Of a DNA stretch of 64,000 bases, positions 1-9,700 are shown piece by piece. Origin of the DNA: an uncultured Chloroflexia bacterium (GTDB taxonomy: Bacteria; Chloroflexota; Limnocylindria; Limnocylindrales; CSP1-4); contig CAVYIM010000003.1 of assembly GCA_963768655.1 (NCBI GenBank), positions 608,001-672,000 of the forward strand. Direction: 5' to 3'. The position numbers were made by a program, and so were the translations under genes. Within the stretch, counting starts at the first letter, position 1; the number at the start of each line of letters is the position of its first letter. The notes under the pieces were generated by a model that saw nothing but the letters and a program-made list of their open reading frames with translations, did not search any database and was not told the origin of the DNA.

Positions 1-345
1 GCGCCGGACGCGCAGCCTGCTGCATGGGAGCCACCCAGGGACTCGCTTGCGCAGCCGGCGCCGCCGCCGATCGCTCGTCCTCGCTGGATCACCACTCAGG
101 CCGAACTCGCCGGCGAGAGCGCATCCACGGCGCCCCTGGTCACCGAGACAGCCCCCGCCCCAGAACGCGTGCTCCGTCCCTCGCTGAACGTGCTTCCGCG
201 CTATGGCGTGCTGCCGCGCTACGGGGTGCCTCAGCGGCCCGATACACCCGCTCCGGCCGAGTCTCCGACCGCGCAGGGGTCCGCCGAGCAGGTTCCGGCC
301 GAAAGTACGCTCCCCGCCGAGGCCGACTGGCCCGAAGGCATCTAG
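1..345 (+). CDS. C-terminal part of a Pro/Ala-rich hypothetical protein (truncated by window start)
   Basis: Frame 1 is open from base 1 to TAG 343-345 (APDAQPAAWEPPRD...AEADWPEGI*), with a strong hairpin downstream at 421-452. Confidence 0.5.
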   Translation, partial: APDAQPAAWEPPRDSLAQPAPPPIARPRWITTQAELAGESASTAPLVTETAPAPERVLRPSLNVLPRYGVLPRYGVPQRPDTPAPAESPTAQGSAEQVPAESTLPAEADWPEGI

Positions 346-420
346 GATCGCCGGCCGCCTGCCGCCCCGTGAGCCCCCGGAGCCCTGGCGTCGCAACCCG
401 CTCGCCTCGCCGTAGATGCA

Positions 421-452
421 GCAAGGCCCGCCGCCGAGACGACGGGCCTTGC
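421..452. terminator. GC-rich hairpin between convergent genes
   Basis: GCAAGGCCCG (421-430) and CGGGCCTTGC (443-452) form a 10-bp perfect inverted repeat; no U-tract. Confidence 0.45.
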
Positions 453-532
453 AGGTCGGGAGACCAGCTCACCAGGCCACCCGACAGGTCGAGCGGTCCG
501 GCCACCACGCCGGGCCGTCGCCAGAGAATCGG

Positions 533-655
533 TTAGTCCGCAGCCGCTTGCGCGGCGACTGCCAACGGCAGCAGAACAAGGATAAGCAACGCGGCGAGGA
601 CTACCAGCACCGTTGTTCGGATCGTGGCGATGGCGATTCCGCGGTAGCCGTTCAT
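533..655 (-). CDS. Small (40 aa) single-TM or signal-like peptide
   Basis: MNGYRGIAIATIRTTVLVVLAALLILVLLPLAVAAQAAAD; GAAAGGG SD-like motif just upstream of ATG 655. Confidence 0.55.
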   Translation of the reverse strand: MNGYRGIAIATIRTTVLVVLAALLILVLLPLAVAAQAAAD

Positions 656-699
656 AAGGCCCTTTCGACGAGGCGGCGTCGATGACTGTGGCGCGCCGC

Positions 700-806
700 C
701 CGCCTGCCGCACCTCTCGCCCGGCGCCGCCTGCCGCGCCGCCCGATGCCGCCTGCCGCGCCGCCCGATGCCGCCTGCCGCACCTCTCGCCCGATGCCGCC
801 TGCCGC
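700..806. repeat. Imperfect tandem repeat, 5 copies of core CCGCCTGCCGC (22-26 bp units)
   Basis: Read directly in the intergenic region between the divergent small ORF and dnaE2. Confidence 0.85.
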
Positions 807-857
807 TCGCCGCTCGGGCCACTCGGGCCACCGGCTCGGGAGGGCCTTCCTGTATAC

Positions 858-869
858 GAACACATGTTC
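858..869 (+). promoter_or_regulatory. LexA (SOS) box, Gram-positive/Chloroflexota type GAAC-N4-GTTC
   Basis: cGAACACATGTTCt directly abuts a TATTAT -10 hexamer (870-875) upstream of dnaE2, a classic SOS gene. Confidence 0.85.
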
Positions 870-948
870 TATTATCGAGTTCGCGCCGAACCGACCTTCC
901 AGCCGCCCGATCGACTGCGGCCCGGCGACCGAACCGCCCGAGGCACCG

Positions 949-3900
949 GTGGCCTCCTACGCCGAGCTCCACTGCCACACGCACTTCTCGTTCCTCGATG
1001 GCGCCTCTCCGCCGGACGAGCTGGTCGGGCGCGCCGTCGAGCTTGGACTCTCAGGTCTGGCGGTCACGGATCATGGCGGTCTGTACGGCGTGATCCGTTT
1101 CGCAGCCGCGGCCCAGGAGGTGGGGCTGCGGCCGATCGTCGGGGTCGAGATCGAGCTGATGGACGCGGCGGCGTCCGATCCGGCGGGGGTCGTCGTGCCG
1201 CCGCGTCGGCCACGGAGCCACGCTCCGGCGGTGGGCTTGCCACTTCCGGGGGAGTGGCCGTGGGACGACGGCCTGCCGGCCCGACCCCGCCCGGACCGCG
1301 CCCGGCTCCCCGGCCATCGGGATGCGGTCAAGGAGGATCTGCGTGGCGTCGGGGAGGAGCAGCGCGGTCCGCACCTCGTCCTGCTGGCGCGGAACGCGGC
1401 CGGTTATCGCAGCCTCTGCCGCCTGGTGAGCCGGGCGAATCTCGCCGGCACGAAATCGATGCCGCGCTTCAGCCAGGAGCTGCTGGCGGCGCACACCGAC
1501 GGGCTGGTGGCGCTGTCCGGCTGCCGCGAGAGCGAGATCGCCCGGCGGCTGCGGGTCGGGGATCGGGCCGGGGCGCGAGCCGCCACGGAACGGTATGCGC
1601 GGCTCTTCGGCGGGGGATTGGTCGGCCCCCGGACGCGCGGCGTCGCTCCCCGAAGTGCCACTTTCCGTGGCGATAGCCCGGCCACGGCGGGCTTCTTCCT
1701 CGAGCTGCAGCACCACCTCCTCCACGACGACGACTGGCTCGTGGCGGAGACCGCACTCCTCGCCGAAGAGATGGGCCTCCCGGTCGTGGTCACGAACGAC
1801 GTCCACTACGCCTACCCCGAGGGCCGGGAGCTCCAGGACGTCCTGACCGCCATCCGCCACGGTCGAACGCTCGACGAGCTGCGCGATCTCCGGCGCCCGG
1901 ACGGCGAGTCGTTTCTGAAGGGGCCCGGCGAGCTGATGGCACTGCCGCCCGCGGGCGGCGCGGCCGCGGGGAATTCGAACGCGGACGCCCGAACCGCGGC
2001 GGCCTGGGCCGAGGGAATCGGCAACGCGGGTGAGCTGGCCGCCAGCTGCTCAGTCGACCTTGGCTTCGAGCGCTACCGGTTTCCGGGCTTCCCGGTTCCC
2101 AGGAGCCACACGCCGTTTTCGTATCTCGAGGAGCTGTGCCACGAGGGCGCCCGCCGCCGCTATCACCCCATCTCCTCGCCGGTGGTGCGGCAGCTGGCTC
2201 ACGAGCTGGACGTGATCGAGCGGACCGGCCTGGCCGAGTTCTTCCTGATCTGCTGGGACCTGATGAGGTTCGCTCGCTCGCGTGGGATCCCGGCGCAGGG
2301 TCGGGGAAGCGCCGCCGATTCGATCGTGGCCTACGTTCTGGGCATCACCCGCGTCGACCCGATCCGCCACAACCTGCTCTTCGAGCGGTTCATCAACGAA
2401 GGTCGAACCAGCTATCCCGATGTGGACATCGACTTTTCCTCCGAGCGTCGGGAGGAGGTCATCCAGTACGTCTACAGCCGCTACGGGTCCGAGCACACCG
2501 GCATGGTCTGCAACCTGGTCACGTACCGGGCGCGGTCGGCGGTGCGCGAAGTCGGGTATGCGCTCGGGTTCCCGCGGCCGCTGGTCGATCGGGTCGCCAA
2601 GGCGCTCGAAACGTACGACTCGGTCATGGTCCGGCGGGACCTGGAGGCGGAGGGCGGCTTCGGCCAGTTCTTCGCCCAGACGGTCGAGCGCGAGGCTGAG
2701 GCTGAGACGGCGGCGCGGGGCGCGGTGGCGGCGCGGGCGACGGCGGCGCGGGGCGCGGTGGCGGCGGGCGCGGGGGCGGCGCGGGGCGGCACGGCCCGGA
2801 CGCGGGTCGAGACAGCGGCGGCGCGGGATGAGGCGGCTAGGAGTGACGCCGTGCCGGGCAGCTCGGCGGCCGGGACGGCCGAAAGGGCCATCGAGCGCGG
2901 CCTGGTCGACCGAATGGGCCAGCTGAACCACCCGCGCGGCGGCCGAATCGCCTCCCGTGCCCTCGTCTCGGGTGTTGCCGGGGCAACCGCTCGCGACGCG
3001 AGCCCGTTTCTCCCTAACACTCATCGGGTGAGTGCAATAGAGCCGGGCGGCCCCGATAGCGCAGCCGCGGTGGGAGCTGACGATGCGGCTCTCCCTAATA
3101 CTCACCGGGCGAGTGCCAGCAGGCTGCACGACCGCGTATCGGCACCTGGCGATGGTGCGGCGATGGTCAACCGGACCGATCCGCACTCCAAAGGGCAGGT
3201 CGCCGAGCTCCCAACGGGCCGCCCTCTCACTTCCTACTCACTCTATGCGTATAGCGCGGGAGAGCGGGGTGACGCAGGTGGGGCCTGCGTGGCGCGCGGC
3301 CCGGGGCGGGTCGTGGACCTGGGCGGCGGGTCGGCGATCGAGCAGCAACGGCGGTTGGCGCGGCAGCGGCCTGTCGGGTCGGACGACGAAGGGGGACCGG
3401 GCGACTCGCCGGCGAGCGTCGCCTGGCTGGCGGCGGAGAGGGTGGCAAAGGACCCGGCGCGAGCACTCGAAGCGGGCAGGGCCGGGAGGGCGATCAGCGG
3501 GCCCACCGCCGGGCCCGCGGCCGCCCACGTCGCCGCCCACGAGCCCACCTCCAGCGTGGCGCGGGTTCAGCCCCAACCGCAGATGCCATCCGAAATCCGG
3601 CGCGGCCCCACGATCGGCATGCCGGATTGGGAGCGCTGGCTGGCGTTCTGCGCCCGCATCGACGGCTTCCCGCGCCACCTCTCGATCCACAGCGGAGGCA
3701 TGCTCGTGACCGCGGCGCCGCTGATCGACATCGCCCCGCTGGAGCGGGCCACGATGCCGGACCGCGTTGTCGTCCAGTTCGACAAGCGCGACGTCGAGAC
3801 GATCAAGCTGATCAAGCTCGACCTTCTCGGCCTGGGCATGCTGGCCGCGATCGACGAGACGCTCGGGCTGATCGAGCAAGACTGCGCCGCCTGCGTCGAT

Positions 3901-5649
3901 CTCGATCGACTGCCGGAAGACGTGCCCGAGGTCTTCGAAATGCTCCAGGCGGCCGACACGGTGGGCGTCTTCCAGGTCGAGAGCCGGGCCCAGATGCAGA
4001 CGCTGCCAAAGTCGAAGCCGGCCAACCTGGACGACCTGGTGGTGGAGGTCGCGATCATCCGGCCGGGCCCGATCCAGGGCAACGCCGTCCACCCGTACCT
4101 GCGCCGCCGCCAGGGGATCGAGCCGGTCGAGTATCTCCATCCCAGCCTGGAGCCGGTGCTGCGCGAGACGCTCGGCGTGATCCTGTACCAGGAGCAGGTC
4201 ATGCAGATCGCGATCACGGTCGCGGGTTTCAGCGCGGGGGAATTGGACGGGTTCCGGCGGGCGATGGGGACGTGGCGCTCGAGCCGGGAGATGGAGAAAC
4301 TCCACCGGCGTTTCGTGGACGGCTGCCGCGCGGCCAACGGCCTCTCCATCGAGCAGGCCGAGGAACTCTTCCGCCAGGTCGCCGCCTTCGCGAGCTTCGG
4401 CTTCGCCAAGAGCCACGCCGCGGCCTTCGCCCGGACCGCGTACGAGTCGGCCTTCCTCAAGCTCTTCTACCCCGCCCAGTTCACGGTCGGGCTGATCAAC
4501 GCCCAGCCGATGGGCTTCTATCCGGTGGAGGTGCTGATCAACGACGCCAAGCGCCACGGCGTCGCGGTCCTGCCGGTGGACGTCAACGCCTCGAGCTACA
4601 AGACGACGACCGAATGGGTCGGGCGCGACGGCGAGCCACTCCCCGAAGAAGCGGGCATTGCGCGGCGGCCGGCCGTGGTGCGCTCGTCCGGCTGCGTCGT
4701 CCCCTCGGCCGCGTCCCGCGAGCGCTGGACGCCCGACCTGGCGACCGGCTACGGCATACGCCTCGGCCTGGCGCTCGTGAAAGGGATCGGCGACGAGCAC
4801 GCCGGCCGCCTGGACGCCGAGCTGGCCCGCGGGCCCTACCACTCTCTTGCAGACGTCGTGGCCCGAACCGAGCTGCCCGAGGAGGTCATCGAACGGCTGA
4901 TTCGAGCCGGGGCGCTCGACTCGCTTGGCCGGCCCCGGCGCGAGATGCTCTGGCAGCTGCGCGAAGTGATGGGCGCGACGCGCGGTCGGGTGGGCGGCCG
5001 AACGGACGAACAGGGACGAAAGGACGGACGGAGCAGGGCGGACGGACGGAGCAGGGCTTCCGGTGGCAAGAGCCGGCCTGGCGGACGGGTCAGGCGCGCC
5101 GCCGATGTCGGCGGACGCGCGGGCTGGCATCGGGCCGCCGGACGGCCGATGGATCTGCGCCTGCCGCCGACGCCGGCTCCGGAGCTTCCGGCGCTGACGG
5201 AGCGCGAACGCCTGGGCGACTCGTACGCGGTGCTATCGCTCGACGCCCGCCGGCAAGTGGTCTCGCTGTTCCGCCCGGCGCTGGAGCGGCTCGGGGCCGT
5301 GACCAACGCCTCGCTGGCGGATCGGGGCCCCGGCCCGGTCAGGCTCGGCGGCCTGGTGGTCACTCGCCAGCACCCGATGACGGCGCGCGGCACGGTCTTC
5401 CTGGCCCTGGAGGACGAGACGGGCATGGTCAACGTCACTCTCTGGCCGGACGCGTGGGCGCGTCTCCGGGGAGTGGTCCGGCGCCACGCGCTGCTCTACG
5501 TGGAGGGGATGCTCCAGCGCGAGGCGAACGTCGTGAACGTCGTGGCGCGCGAGGTCAGGCCGCTCCCCGTCGTGGCGGAAACAGTAGGCGGTCCGCCACG
5601 GCCCGAGGGCGTGCGGGCTCTCGGCTACAGCGGGATGCGCCGCGGCTGA
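949..5649 (+). CDS. dnaE2: Error-prone DNA polymerase III alpha subunit DnaE2 with large low-complexity insertions
   Basis: PHP motif AELHCHTHFSFLDG; GRGSAA; PDVDIDF; PRHLSIHSGG; KLDLLGL; DnaE2-typical IIRPGPIQGNAVHPYLRRR and NAQPMGFY; OB-fold LEDETG. GTG 949 has GAGG upstream; the ORF-track start at 682 runs through the promoter and repeat. Confidence 0.93.
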   Translation: MASYAELHCHTHFSFLDGASPPDELVGRAVELGLSGLAVTDHGGLYGVIRFAAAAQEVGLRPIVGVEIELMDAAASDPAGVVVPPRRPRSHAPAVGLPLPGEWPWDDGLPARPRPDRARLPGHRDAVKEDLRGVGEEQRGPHLVLLARNAAGYRSLCRLVSRANLAGTKSMPRFSQELLAAHTDGLVALSGCRESEIARRLRVGDRAGARAATERYARLFGGGLVGPRTRGVAPRSATFRGDSPATAGFFLELQHHLLHDDDWLVAETALLAEEMGLPVVVTNDVHYAYPEGRELQDVLTAIRHGRTLDELRDLRRPDGESFLKGPGELMALPPAGGAAAGNSNADARTAAAWAEGIGNAGELAASCSVDLGFERYRFPGFPVPRSHTPFSYLEELCHEGARRRYHPISSPVVRQLAHELDVIERTGLAEFFLICWDLMRFARSRGIPAQGRGSAADSIVAYVLGITRVDPIRHNLLFERFINEGRTSYPDVDIDFSSERREEVIQYVYSRYGSEHTGMVCNLVTYRARSAVREVGYALGFPRPLVDRVAKALETYDSVMVRRDLEAEGGFGQFFAQTVEREAEAETAARGAVAARATAARGAVAAGAGAARGGTARTRVETAAARDEAARSDAVPGSSAAGTAERAIERGLVDRMGQLNHPRGGRIASRALVSGVAGATARDASPFLPNTHRVSAIEPGGPDSAAAVGADDAALPNTHRASASRLHDRVSAPGDGAAMVNRTDPHSKGQVAELPTGRPLTSYSLYAYSAGERGDAGGACVARGPGRVVDLGGGSAIEQQRRLARQRPVGSDDEGGPGDSPASVAWLAAERVAKDPARALEAGRAGRAISGPTAGPAAAHVAAHEPTSSVARVQPQPQMPSEIRRGPTIGMPDWERWLAFCARIDGFPRHLSIHSGGMLVTAAPLIDIAPLERATMPDRVVVQFDKRDVETIKLIKLDLLGLGMLAAIDETLGLIEQDCAACVDLDRLPEDVPEVFEMLQAADTVGVFQVESRAQMQTLPKSKPANLDDLVVEVAIIRPGPIQGNAVHPYLRRRQGIEPVEYLHPSLEPVLRETLGVILYQEQVMQIAITVAGFSAGELDGFRRAMGTWRSSREMEKLHRRFVDGCRAANGLSIEQAEELFRQVAAFASFGFAKSHAAAFARTAYESAFLKLFYPAQFTVGLINAQPMGFYPVEVLINDAKRHGVAVLPVDVNASSYKTTTEWVGRDGEPLPEEAGIARRPAVVRSSGCVVPSAASRERWTPDLATGYGIRLGLALVKGIGDEHAGRLDAELARGPYHSLADVVARTELPEEVIERLIRAGALDSLGRPRREMLWQLREVMGATRGRVGGRTDEQGRKDGRSRADGRSRASGGKSRPGGRVRRAADVGGRAGWHRAAGRPMDLRLPPTPAPELPALTERERLGDSYAVLSLDARRQVVSLFRPALERLGAVTNASLADRGPGPVRLGGLVVTRQHPMTARGTVFLALEDETGMVNVTLWPDAWARLRGVVRRHALLYVEGMLQREANVVNVVAREVRPLPVVAETVGGPPRPEGVRALGYSGMRRG

Positions 5650-5656
5650 CCCGACG

Positions 5657-6370
5657 TCAGCGTCGCGCCGCAGGCCGCCGCTGAGCCGGCTTCTTCGCCG
5701 CAGGACGCTGCGTTCGGGCCGGAGCGGGGCTGGCCAGGGAGAGGAAGCGCTTGTACCAGCCGGATGCCGCGCCTAGGAGCGCGCCGAACGTGATCGCCGT
5801 CAAGGCCAGGTCGAGCGAAAAGGGGATGACCGCGAGCGTGCCTTCCGGAACGTTGGCCACATGGCCGCCCAAAGCCCAGAAGATCAGCACGTCGAGACAG
5901 AAGCTCGAGATCAACGAGCTGATGATGCCGGCCAGCCACGTGGCCCGCGGTGCCAGGAATCCCGCGAGCATCGGCTGGATGAGTGGCGGTGTGGCTATGA
6001 GCAGATCGCGGACGGTCGAGAACCCGCCGCTATTCCAGTCGTTCTGGGTAAGCCCGAACGCCAGCGAAGCGAAACTGAGGAGCGCAGTCGGCCATATGGC
6101 GTTGGTCTTCATGATCAGCGTCGGCGCGTAGCGCAGGTCGTCGATGTAGTGGACCGGGCGAGTGGCCAGCTTGAATGCGGAGAAGATCCCGACCTTCTGG
6201 CCTGGCCTGACGACCTGGTCCGGCGTCGGTCGGTCCGCCCTGGCTGCCGGCTGCGGTCGAGGCGCGACCTCCTCCTCGGGCGGTGTGCCCTCGGCCTCGG
6301 CCTGCGCCTGCAGGTACGCACGATAGCGGCGGCGCGCCTCCGCGCGTTCGGTGCTCTTGGCGCGAGCCAC
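5657..6370 (-). CDS. Hypothetical membrane protein (about 4 TM, basic termini)
   Basis: 237 aa, GAGGAG SD before GTG, several hydrophobic segments. Confidence 0.75.
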   Translation of the reverse strand: MARAKSTERAEARRRYRAYLQAQAEAEGTPPEEEVAPRPQPAARADRPTPDQVVRPGQKVGIFSAFKLATRPVHYIDDLRYAPTLIMKTNAIWPTALLSFASLAFGLTQNDWNSGGFSTVRDLLIATPPLIQPMLAGFLAPRATWLAGIISSLISSFCLDVLIFWALGGHVANVPEGTLAVIPFSLDLALTAITFGALLGAASGWYKRFLSLASPAPARTQRPAAKKPAQRRPAARR

Positions 6371-6700
6371 GATCTCTCCTCGGGTCGAATCGGATGGATA
6401 GGTCGGGCGCCGGCCGGGACGACGACGGCGCGGTCGGAATGGTAGTCCATGGCGCCCTCGGTCACAGGCCGAAAGATGGACGGCGCGTGGAAGAGCCGCG
6501 GCGAGGTCGCGGCGAGAGGGCGACGGCGAGGTCGCGGCGACGAGGGCGACGGCGCCAGGCGGCGCCCGGCGGCGGTCCGCCCGGCGACGTCCAGCGGCGG
6601 TCCGCCCAGGTCCAGATAAGCCGGGGTAAAGCGCCGGATAAGCCGCCGCGCGTACAACATGCGCGCCTTCCCCGCCCGCAAGCCGTCCTGAGGTGTTCCG

Positions 6701-9700
6701 ATGTCCGCTCCGCGCGGGGTTGCCGTCGTCCTCGTTTCGCTCCTGGTGCCACTCGCTGCTGTCTCGGCCGCCGTCTCCCCCGGCTACGCCGAGGCGTCGG
6801 TCGCGTGGCCGGTCTCAACGGGCCTGGTGCTGGCAGAAGTGGTGACCGGTGGCGCCTCCGCCTCGGACGAGTACGTGGAGATCTACAACGCCGCGGCCGT
6901 CGCGACCGACCTGGGCGGCTGCGAGCTGATCTACGTGACCGCGTCGGGTGCGACGACGACGCGAAAGGCCGCCTTCGACCCGCCGCTCATGCTCGCGCCC
7001 GGAGCGCACCTGCTGGTCGCCAATTCGGCTGGGGCGTATGGGCCGCTCGCCGACGCAACTTACACCGGCGGCCTGTCCGGCGATGGGGGATCGCTGGCCT
7101 TGCGGCATGTTGGCGGCGCGGTGATCGATGCGGTGAGCTGGGGGACGGCGAGCAACGCGTATGTCGAAGGGGCGGTCGCGCCGGCTCCTCCGGCCAGGTC
7201 GAGCCTGGAGCGGCGACCGGGGGGCGCGGCGGGCAACTGGGAAGACACGAACGACAACGCCTCTGACTGGATGGTGCAGTCGAACCCAATCCCGCAGTCC
7301 CTGGCTTCGACTCCCGTGCCGGCTCCGTCGAGCTCGCCTCCGGACGAGACTGCGACCGCGACGCCGCTCTCGCCTCCGCCTTCGGGCGAAACCTCCGAGC
7401 AGCCCTCGTCCGAACCCACGTTCGAGCCGACGGCTCAGCCGACGGCCGGACCCACGGCCGGACCCTCCGCCAGCCCGGCGGCCTCCGCCAGCCCGAACGC
7501 TACGGCCACGCTCGGGCCAACTGCCGCCCCGACGCCTACCCCGGCGGCGCCCACCGCCCCGGCCATCGATCCCGAGTCGGTCGCGGCGGCGCGGTCCGGC
7601 GCCATCGGATCACTCGTCCACGTGTCGGGTGTCGTGACCGTGACGCCGGGTCTGGTCGGCGCCGACAACCTGTTCGCGATCGCCGATTCGTCGGGCGGGA
7701 TCTTCGTCCGCCTCGCCGCGCCCGTCGACGGCGTCGAGATCGGTCGGTCCATCGACCTCGTCGGCGTGCTCGCGGCGCCGTACGGGCAGCTCGAGGTCCG
7801 CGAACTGGAGTGGCTCGAACTCGGGGTCACCGATGCCGCTCCCAAACCGATCGCCGCCACGCTGCCCGAGATCGGGGAGGGCCTCGAGGGTTCGCTCGTT
7901 ACCCTCGCGGGCACCATCGACTCGGTCAGCCTGGACAGCGGCCGGCTCGTCCTCACGATGGGCGACAAGCAGACGGAGCTGCGCGTCCTGGCCGATCCGC
8001 CCTCGGGCATCGTCAAGGCGGACGTAACCCGGGGCGAGCAGGTCACCCTCACAGGCATAGTCGGCCAGCGAGCCACCGCCCTCGGTCGCGAGGATGGCTA
8101 TCGGTTGTGGCTGCGGATGCGAGCCGACCTCCAGGAAGTCGTCCCGGCGTCGCCGAGTCCCACGGCCGCCTCGTCAACGGCCGGACCCTCCGCCAGCCCG
8201 GCGGCCTCCGCCAGCCCGAACGCTACGGCCACGCTCGGGCCAACTGCCGCCCCGACGCCTACCCCGGCGGCGCCCACCGCCCCGGCCATCGATCCCGAGT
8301 CGGTCGCGGCGGCGCGGTCCGGCGCCATCGGATCACTCGTCCACGTGTCGGGTGTCGTGACCGTGACGCCGGGTCTGGTCGGCGCCGACAACCTGTTCGC
8401 GATCGCCGATTCGTCGGGCGGGATCTTCGTCCGCCTCGCCGCGCCCGTCGACGGCGTCGAGATCGGTCGGTCCATCGACCTCGTCGGCGTGCTCGCGGCG
8501 CCGTACGGGCAGCTCGAGGTCCGCGAACTGGAGTGGCTCGAACTCGGGGTCACCGATGCCGCTCCCAAACCGATCGCCGCCACGCTGCCCGAGATCGGGG
8601 AGGGCCTCGAGGGTTCGCTCGTTACCCTCGCGGGCACCATCGACTCGGTCAGCCTGGACAGCGGCCGGCTCGTCCTCACGATGGGCGACAAGCAGACGGA
8701 GCTGCGCGTCCTGGCCGATCCGCCCTCGGGCATCGTCAAGGCGGACGTAACCCGGGGCGAGCAGGTCACCCTCACAGGCATAGTCGGCCAGCGAGCCACC
8801 GCCCTCGGTCGCGAGGATGGCTATCGGTTGTGGCTGCGGATGCGAGCCGACCTCCAGGAAGTCGTCCCGGCGTCGCCGAGTCCCACGGCCGCCTCGTCAA
8901 CGGCCGGACCCTCCGCCAGCCCGGCGGCCTCCGCCAGCCCGGCCGTCTATCACGACCTGGCGAGCGGGCTGGCAGCGAGGGGTCGCATCGTCGACGTGGA
9001 TGCAACGGTCACGGCCGCCGCCGGACTCATCGATTGGGGTGGCCCGACGATCGTCGTCGACGACGGGACGGCTGCCGTCGCAGTGGTGCTGCCGGACGGA
9101 GTCGCCGGCCCACGGGTCGGCGCCGGCGTTCACATCGTCGGCAAGACGGGCAGCCTTCACAGTGGACCCCGGGTTGTGGCCACGCTCGTCGAGGGGCAAG
9201 GCGAGGGCGTCGCGGTGCGGCCCCGCCAGATCTCCGGCGCGCTCGGCCCATCGCTCGAGTGGCAGCTCGGCGAGGTCTGTGGCCGCGTTCAACGCCTGAC
9301 GCGCGCGGGCTCGCGCTGGCGCGCCGACCTGGCGGTGGATGGCCAGATCGTAGCCGTGCTTGGCGAGCCCGGAGCCGGCATCGACCCGGCGGGCATCGTC
9401 GCAGGACGGCTCGCGCTGGCCACGGGAATCGTCCGCCGTTCCACCTCTGATCCGAGCGTCTTCCAGCTGCTGCCGAGATCGGGTGCGGATCTGACCCTGG
9501 GCCCGGCCCCAACCGCTTCCGGACAGAGCGCCGGCCCGGCCGGTCCGGCGTCGGCGTCACGGTCACCGGACGACTCTTTCGCGACCGAAGCCCTCACTAC
9601 CATCGCGCAGATCCCGGGCCGCGAAGGCGAGACCGTGACGCTCGCCGGGTTGATCGTGGACACCGGCCCAACGACGGCGACGCTCGACGACGGCACCGGC

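Noticed and set aside
700-806. CRISPR array
   Set aside because: Units are short and adjacent without unique spacers, and no cas genes are present. The same applies to repeats at 23700-24020 and 58048-58088.
682-948. N-terminal extension of DnaE2 as given in the ORF track
   Set aside because: It translates the tandem repeat, LexA box and -10 region; GTG 949 with an SD immediately precedes the PHP motif.
2680-3625. Intein or self-splicing intron in dnaE2
   Set aside because: No C/S-start block A, no terminal HN followed by C/S/T, no LAGLIDADG or RT motifs; the segment is low-complexity and in frame.
3238-5684. Long alternative-frame and antisense ORFs (e.g. 3238-5130, 3627-5684, and similar ones over gap, eno, lepA, dnaK and mfd)
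   Set aside because: Shadow ORFs expected in GC-rich DNA; Arg/Pro/Gly-rich with no motifs and overlapping well-supported genes.
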